A stretch of 63,820 nucleotides of DNA, filler included, from Acidimicrobiia bacterium (GTDB taxonomy: Bacteria > Actinomycetota > Acidimicrobiia > Spongiisociales > JAENVV01): assembly GCA_041577335.1 (NCBI GenBank). It is 3 parts of 3 records of this genome, joined end to end, with 100 filler letters (N's around TTAATTAATTAA, not from the genome) between each part and the next. Parts side by side here need not be neighbours in the genome. Positions count along the whole stretch, not along the records: positions 47,725 to 63,820 come from JBFGJH010000074.1; 2 more parts are not named here. One strand, given 5' to 3'. The translations under genes and the position numbers were made by a program. The notes beneath the pieces were generated by a model. It was not told where the DNA came from and searched no databases. It was given only the letters and a program-made list of their open reading frames with translations. Shown in pieces: positions 58,127 through 63,820 of this stretch. Each line of letters begins with the position of its first letter. Within the stretch, counting starts at the first letter, position 1.

Positions 58127-58744
58127 CTACGGTCGTGCTCCGAAGTCAGGCTCTTCGGTACGAGTCCGTTTCAGCTCCCAGAAACCGGGAACCGTCATCA
58201 CCTTTTGGAGACCGTCCCACAGCTGCAACGCCAAATCTGTTTCGGGCACCCGGCTGATCACCGGCCCGAACATGCCAACCCGGGCCCCGTTGGCGTCGTC
58301 AAAGGCGATGATCGGCGTTCCAACGTCATCGCCGGCGAGCGCCAGCCCGAATTCCATTCGCCTGCGGATCTCGGCGTCCCACGCAGCCTCGTGGTATGCA
58401 GCTGCGTGATCGGTGGATACCCCCGCCTCGGCGAGTGCCTCTTCGATCGAGAAGGTCTTCAGTTCTCGGTCGTGGTGGATTCGTTTGCCGAACTCCCAAT
58501 AGGTCCCGAAGACACCCTCATTGCCGTCCGCGGCCCGGACCGACTCCATCACCCTGAGCAGGTCATGGGTGCGCTTGTAGCGGCTGTAGGCCCGAGAGCC
58601 CTCTTCCACCTCATTCTTGAACAGCAGGCTGATCGGCTCCCAGGCGACCCGGAGGTCGCGTTCAGGAGCCACCTTTTCGACGACCCACCGGGCCGTCACC
58701 CAGCACCACTTTCAGATGGGATCGACCCAAAAACTGATTTCCAC
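58127..58744 (-). CDS. DsbA-like mycoredoxin-2 (Rv2466c family), probable selenoprotein (UGA = Sec at codon 11)
   Basis: GTG 58744 with GGAAGGA RBS; MEISFWVDPI*KWCWVTARW; TGA at 58714-58712; GDDVGTPII, FGPVIS, FWELKRTR. Confidence 0.85.
58679..58697 (-). promoter_or_regulatory. Candidate bacterial SECIS hairpin
   Basis: GACGGCCC-GGU-GGGUCGUC; the G-starting apical loop begins 23 nt after the UGA. Confidence 0.65.
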
Positions 58745-58797
58745 TCAAGTCCTTCCCAGAAGGACCCTAGTGAGCGCGCCTTTGCATCCCTCCTGGC

Positions 58798-60036
58798 ATG
58801 CTTGACTCACAGACAATGGACATGGCACGTGATCTCCCGCTGTTGGGCGGGCTTGGCCTCGCAATCGTGGCTGCGGTGTTCCTGGCCGCCGCCGAAACGG
58901 CGTTGCTCCGACTTCCCATCGTCCGCGCCCGCACGCTGGCCGAAACCGGCCGGCGAGGTGCTCGATTGCTTCACCTCATTGAACGGCTGCCCACTGTTCT
59001 CAACACCGTGCTCCTGGCTGCACTGCTGGCTCAGATCACTGCAGCCACGATCACGGGAATCCTCGCCGAACGTTGGTTCGGCAACCTCGGCGTCACCATT
59101 GCGTCGGTGATCCTCACAGTGGTCCTCTTCATCTATGGCGAGGCCATTCCCAAGACATACACCGTCCGCCACACCGACCGGGTCGGGCTGTGGATCGCCG
59201 TCCCGGTGTCCATGCTGGTAGCCATCCTCCGTCCGATCGTCGCTCTACTCGTGTGGATTGCCGATATTCAGATTCCGGGCCAAGGCATCACGACTTCGCC
59301 GACTGTCACCGAAGACGAGCTTCGCCATTTGGCGACCCGGGCAGCCCGCGAGGGCGAGATAACCTCCGATGACCACGAGCTCATTGAACGAGCGTTCAAG
59401 TTCGGCGACCGCCAAGTGGACGATGTCATGGTGCCCCGTCTCGACATCATCGCCGTCGAGGCCGACCTCGAGGTGCGAGCCGCCCTGGCCTCGGCGCTGG
59501 AACATGGGCACCGCCGCCTGCCGGTCTATGACGGGACGATTGAGAACATCATCGGAGTCGTCAGGCTCCGTGATCTGGTGAAGCACTTCGAAAAGGAGAC
59601 GCTGGTGCGCGAACTGGTGGAACCGATACTCGTTGTGCCCGAGTCAAAGCCGATCCTCGCCTTGCTCCAAGAGATGCAATCAGAGACCAAGCACGTCGCG
59701 ATCGTTGTTGATGAGTACGGCGGCACTGCCGGCTTGGTCACCATCGACGACATCGTGGAGGAGCTTCTCGGAAGCGTGGCCGACGACACCGACGATGCCC
59801 CAATTCGGGAAACGATCATGGGCTGGTCTATTGACGGGTCGTTGCCCGTGGAGGATCTCAAGGAACTCATCGGCGAGATCCCGGACGGTGATTGGAACAC
59901 CGCAGGTGGCTTGGTGATGGGGCTGGTCGGCCGGGTCCCGGCAGTCGGAGACGAGGTAGAGCTTGCCGGCGGGCGGCTGCGAGTCGAGGCCATCCGCGGG
60001 CGCCGCATCATTCGCCTCGACGTCATCACCGGTTAG
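58798..60036 (+). CDS. Hemolysin/CNNM (DUF21)-CBS-CorC_HlyC protein
   Basis: AAAETA, GEAIPK, VMVPR, VDEYGGTAGLVT.DDI.EE; start could be 58816. Confidence 0.92.
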   Translation: MLDSQTMDMARDLPLLGGLGLAIVAAVFLAAAETALLRLPIVRARTLAETGRRGARLLHLIERLPTVLNTVLLAALLAQITAATITGILAERWFGNLGVTIASVILTVVLFIYGEAIPKTYTVRHTDRVGLWIAVPVSMLVAILRPIVALLVWIADIQIPGQGITTSPTVTEDELRHLATRAAREGEITSDDHELIERAFKFGDRQVDDVMVPRLDIIAVEADLEVRAALASALEHGHRRLPVYDGTIENIIGVVRLRDLVKHFEKETLVRELVEPILVVPESKPILALLQEMQSETKHVAIVVDEYGGTAGLVTIDDIVEELLGSVADDTDDAPIRETIMGWSIDGSLPVEDLKELIGEIPDGDWNTAGGLVMGLVGRVPAVGDEVELAGGRLRVEAIRGRRIIRLDVITG

Positions 60037-60067
60037 TCCGAACGCGGGCCTGGTACGCTCGCTCGCC

Positions 60068-62803
60068 ATGGTCACAGAGGCACGCGACACGTCACTCCGG
60101 GCCGATATTCGCCGGCTCGGCAACCAGCTCGGTGAGTCACTCGTCCGTCAACAAGGTCCGGAATTGCTCCATCTCGTCGAGGAAGTGAGAGCGCTGACCA
60201 AGAAGCTCCGAGACGATGCGCGGCCTGCCGACGCTCGACAGCTCGATGAGTTGCTCGGTGGAATCGACCTCGACACGTCGATCCAACTCGTACGAGCCTT
60301 TACCTCATATTTCCACCTGGCCAACGTGGCCGAGCAAACCCACCGGGTCGACGAGCTGGCTGCTCGGTCGCCGGCCGAACGCGAATGGTTGGAGGCCACG
60401 ATCGACCGGATCATCGAGGCGGACCTCGATCCCGACCTGGTCCGCGAGGTCGTCAGGCGAGTCGAGCTAGGCCCCGTGTTCACCGCCCATCCCACCGAGG
60501 CGGCTCGTCGCTCAATCCTCACCAAACTCACCGAGTTGGCTGGCCTGCTCGAACGACGGCTCGATCCGCGGATAACCGACGCCGACCTCCGCCGCGTCGA
60601 CAGGAGGGTCGCCGAGATCATCGACCTCATCTGGCAAACCGACGAACTGCGCTTGGAACGACCGGAGCCCCTCGACGAAGCACGCTCCACCGCGTTCTAC
60701 TTCGATCAACTCTTCACCGCCGTGATCCCCTATCTCCTCGAGGAGTTCGACCTGCAGGTCCAGCGGCTCGGCATCGACATTCCAGATGTCGTGTCCCCTA
60801 TCCGATTTGGCACATGGGTGGGAGGCGACCGTGACGGCAACCCTTTCGTCACGCCGCACGTGACCATGGCGGTGCTCGAGATGCAGCATGAGCACGGCCT
60901 TCGCAACATCCTCCACGCCGTCGAGGCGCTCTCGGCCGAATTGTCTGCCTCCATGGCCATCAAAGGCATCTCGCCCGCTCTGGCGGATTCTCTCGATGCA
61001 GACCGCCGCGACCTACCCCAGGTGTTTGCGCGGTTCGGGGCCATGAACGCCGAGGAGCCCTATCGGCTCAAATGTGCCTACATTCACGCCCGGCTGCAAG
61101 GGACTCGCACAAGGATCGCCGACGGTTCTCGGCACGTCCCCGGACGTGACTACATCGCGACCGATCAACTCGTCGCTGACCTACTCCTCATGCGTGAGTC
61201 CCTCGTCGCTCATGAGGGCCTCCTCATCGCCGACGGATCGCTTGCTCGGCTCATCCGCACAGTCGCAGCGTTCGGTTTTCGCCTGGCCACGATGGACGTG
61301 CGAGAGCACGCCGACAAGCACCACGAACTGCTTGCAGAACTGTATGAGCGCCTCAACGTCGACTACGGGTCGCTCAGCTCCACCGAGCAGGCCCAGCTCC
61401 TCAGCGAGGAGCTCGGCGCACGGCGCCCGCTTTCTCCTCCGTTTCTCGAGCTCGAAGATGGGCCGGCGACCACCAAGGCGACCTTCGACGTCATCCGCGA
61501 AGCACAATCTCGTTTCGGGGTCGAGGTCATCGACTCCTACATCATCTCGATGACCCGGGGGGCGTTCGACGTGTTCGCGGCTGCCGTGCTCGCTCGCGAA
61601 TCTGGCCTCATCGACATCCATGGCGGCGTCGCCACCGTCGGGTTGGTGCCGCTGTTGGAGACAATCGACGAGCTTCGGATCGCCGGCGAGATCCTCGACG
61701 ACATGCTCACCGATCCGTCATATCGGCGTGTCGTCGAGCTGCGCGACAACACCCAGGAGGTCATGCTCGGATACTCCGACTCCAACAAACACGGTGGAAT
61801 CACCACATCGCAGTGGGAGATCTACAAGGCGCAACGCGACCTCCGCGACATCGCCACCAAGCACGGAGTCGTATTGCGGTTGTTCCACGGACGTGGCGGC
61901 ACGGTTGGCCGGGGCGGCGGGCCCACGCACGCTGCCATCATGGCGCAACCGTTTGGAACGGTCGACGGCCCGGTGAAGCTGACCGAACAGGGCGAAGTCA
62001 TCTCCGACAAGTACGGCTTGCCGCAGCTGGCGCGCCGCAACCTCGAACTGACCCTCGCCGCAGTTCTCGAGGCTTCGCTCCTGCACCGGGAACCGAGGCG
62101 GGACCCGGCAACCTTGGCGTTGTGGGACGAGATCATGTCGGTCGTGTCGGAAGCGGCCTTCACCGCATATCGCTCACTCGTTGAGCACCCGTCGCTCGTT
62201 GACTACTTCACGGCGTCGACCCCCGTAAACGAGTTGGGTGACCTCAACATCGGCAGCCGGCCCGCCCGACGCAAGAGCCAACCTGGCCTCCAAGGATTGC
62301 GGGCCATTCCCTGGGTCTTCGGATGGACACAAACGCGTCAAATCGTTCCAGGCTGGTTCGGGGTCGGCACGGGCATCGAGGCGGCTCGCTCAGCCGGATA
62401 CGGCGACCAGCTTCGGCAGATGTTCCAGGACTGGTCCTTCTTCACGGCGTTTGTTTCCAACGTCGAGATGACACTTGCCAAGACCGACATGACCATCGCC
62501 CGCCAATACGTCGATATGCTCGTCGAGGCTGAGCATCGGTCCGTTTTCGACATCATCAAAGCAGAGCACGTGAGGGCGGAGACCCAGCTGCTGTGGCTCA
62601 CCCAATCTGACACGATGCTGGATTCGCTTCCCCTTCTCCAGCGAACCCTCAGTATTCGGGATCGTTACCTCGACCCTCTCAACTACTTGCAGATGGCCCT
62701 TCTCAAACGCTCCCGAAGCGACGAGGGCGCCGATCCCTTGCTTCGCCGAGCACTCCTCTTCACGGTCAACGGGATCGCGGCCGGCCTTCGGAATACGGGT
62801 TGA
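60068..62803 (+). CDS. ppc: Phosphoenolpyruvate carboxylase
   Basis: VFTAHPTE, GGDRDGNP, QEVMLGYSDSNK, FHGRGGTVGRGGG, LRAIPW, GLRNTG; start ATG 60068. Confidence 0.97.
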   Translation: MVTEARDTSLRADIRRLGNQLGESLVRQQGPELLHLVEEVRALTKKLRDDARPADARQLDELLGGIDLDTSIQLVRAFTSYFHLANVAEQTHRVDELAARSPAEREWLEATIDRIIEADLDPDLVREVVRRVELGPVFTAHPTEAARRSILTKLTELAGLLERRLDPRITDADLRRVDRRVAEIIDLIWQTDELRLERPEPLDEARSTAFYFDQLFTAVIPYLLEEFDLQVQRLGIDIPDVVSPIRFGTWVGGDRDGNPFVTPHVTMAVLEMQHEHGLRNILHAVEALSAELSASMAIKGISPALADSLDADRRDLPQVFARFGAMNAEEPYRLKCAYIHARLQGTRTRIADGSRHVPGRDYIATDQLVADLLLMRESLVAHEGLLIADGSLARLIRTVAAFGFRLATMDVREHADKHHELLAELYERLNVDYGSLSSTEQAQLLSEELGARRPLSPPFLELEDGPATTKATFDVIREAQSRFGVEVIDSYIISMTRGAFDVFAAAVLARESGLIDIHGGVATVGLVPLLETIDELRIAGEILDDMLTDPSYRRVVELRDNTQEVMLGYSDSNKHGGITTSQWEIYKAQRDLRDIATKHGVVLRLFHGRGGTVGRGGGPTHAAIMAQPFGTVDGPVKLTEQGEVISDKYGLPQLARRNLELTLAAVLEASLLHREPRRDPATLALWDEIMSVVSEAAFTAYRSLVEHPSLVDYFTASTPVNELGDLNIGSRPARRKSQPGLQGLRAIPWVFGWTQTRQIVPGWFGVGTGIEAARSAGYGDQLRQMFQDWSFFTAFVSNVEMTLAKTDMTIARQYVDMLVEAEHRSVFDIIKAEHVRAETQLLWLTQSDTMLDSLPLLQRTLSIRDRYLDPLNYLQMALLKRSRSDEGADPLLRRALLFTVNGIAAGLRNTG

Positions 62804-62871
62804 CGGAGCACGATGCCATCGGAACGACCACAATTGCCCCGAGCCAGAACTGAGATCGGAGCCATGCCCTG

Positions 62872-63492
62872 ATGCCAACGACCGTCGTCGACCATCCTCT
62901 CGCCCAGCATTACCTCACCAACCTGCGCGATCGCACCACCGAGCCACAGAGATTCCGCGAGTCGGCTCGCCGCCTCGCCTACCTTCTCGTTTTCGAGGCC
63001 CTCAAGGAGGCACCGCTTCGCGAGCAGGAAGTTGAGACCCCACTCGAGAGCACCACCGGATACCGAATCGATCAAGATCTCGTCGCGGTTGCTGTGCTCC
63101 GGGCCGGCCTGGGGCTGCTCAACGCCGTTGTTCACGTGCTGCCCGACGTGAAAGTCGGATATGTCGGCTTGGCCCGCGACGAGGAGACCATTCAGCCTCA
63201 GGAGTACTACACCAAGCTGCCGAACCTCTCGGCCGCCAAGGTCCTGATCCTGGAGCCCATGCTGGCGACCGGCGGATCGCTTTCGTGGGCAGTGCAGAAA
63301 GTGAAGGACAAAGGCGCCACCGATATCGCCGCACTGTGCGTCGTCGCCGCCCCCGTCGGCGTGGAACGAATGGAGCAGGAGCACCCCGACGTCCACGTCG
63401 TCACTGCCGGGATCGACCGGGATCTCGACCACAAATATTACATTCGACCGGGCCTTGGCGACATGGGGGACCGACTCTTCGGCACCTTCTGA
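62872..63492 (+). CDS. upp: Uracil phosphoribosyltransferase
   Basis: LRAGLG, PMLATGGS, YIRPGLGDMGDRLFGT. Confidence 0.96.
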   Translation: MPTTVVDHPLAQHYLTNLRDRTTEPQRFRESARRLAYLLVFEALKEAPLREQEVETPLESTTGYRIDQDLVAVAVLRAGLGLLNAVVHVLPDVKVGYVGLARDEETIQPQEYYTKLPNLSAAKVLILEPMLATGGSLSWAVQKVKDKGATDIAALCVVAAPVGVERMEQEHPDVHVVTAGIDRDLDHKYYIRPGLGDMGDRLFGTF

Positions 63493-63493
63493 C

Positions 63494-63796
63494 GTGGCCG
63501 ACGAGTTCGAATCGGCGGTGGTCGCCGTCCTGTGTGCGTTGCGCCCGGGCGAAGTGGTCACGTACGGCGAGGTCGCTGCCGAGGCGGGCTATCCAGGGGC
63601 GGCGAGGGCCGTTGGCAATATCCTCCGCAACTCGGGGGGATCACTGCCGTGGTGGCGAGTCGTCAACGCATCGGGGCGCCTCGTGCCCGGTCACGAGATT
63701 CAACACGCTGAACTCCTCGCCAAGGAAGGCGTCGCCACCAAGGATGGGCGCCTGCTCCGGTCCCAGCGTACGGGCAGCCGACGCGCCGGCGGGTAG
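63494..63796 (+). CDS. Alkyltransferase-like protein (ATL, MGMT family)
   Basis: TYGEVA, ARAVG, PWWRV (Trp in place of the catalytic Cys); start GTG 63494. Confidence 0.88.
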   Translation: MADEFESAVVAVLCALRPGEVVTYGEVAAEAGYPGAARAVGNILRNSGGSLPWWRVVNASGRLVPGHEIQHAELLAKEGVATKDGRLLRSQRTGSRRAGG

Positions 63797-63820
63797 GCTC
63801 ACGGTCGCATGTCCATACTC

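Noticed and set aside
63494..63796. MGMT lacking its catalytic Cys as a pseudogene
   Set aside because: PWWRV is the normal signature of alkyltransferase-like proteins.

Overview
High-GC actinobacterial DNA (the gene set suggests Acidimicrobiia; this is an inference). It consists of three contigs joined by artificial N-TTAATTAATTAA-N linkers at 23767-23866 and 47625-47724, so adjacency across linkers has no meaning. Contig 1 holds csaA (partial), an alkaline-phosphatase-family gene, an 11-subunit complex I operon (nuoABCD-HIJKLMN, no nuoEFG), DMT, OmpA/BON, GNAT, ilvC, glgB, a MidA-like methyltransferase, a lipoprotein, a plant-type subtilase, htpX and a truncated tRNA-Tyr. Contig 2 holds S41 and YpfJ peptidases, OsmC, a four-gene PAP2/kinase/flippase membrane module, an amidohydrolase, maf, a response regulator-HEAT-GT2 operon, dusB, LCP, an ABC exporter plus thioesterase, a DUF2339-like protein, TetR, a 4CL-like ligase and a partial IclR. 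Contig 3 holds a channel-like protein, EamA, a split FO synthase (cofG/cofH), a DUF222-HNH gene, ffh-rpsP-khpA-rimM, a Ddn-like F420 enzyme, a DsbA/Mrx2-like protein, a CNNM/CorC protein, ppc, upp and ATL. The four strongest leads are: (1) a selenoprotein missed by the ORF track (Rv2466c/Mrx2-like, UKWC motif, with a SECIS-like hairpin); (2) an apparently uncharacterised kinase/pseudokinase-PAP2-flippase-lipoprotein membrane system; (3) a 36-aa transmembrane peptide translationally coupled between nuoJ and nuoK, plus a structured insert where nuoEFG would normally lie; (4) a CofH carrying a decayed CofG half. All family calls come from motif recognition by eye, not database searches.
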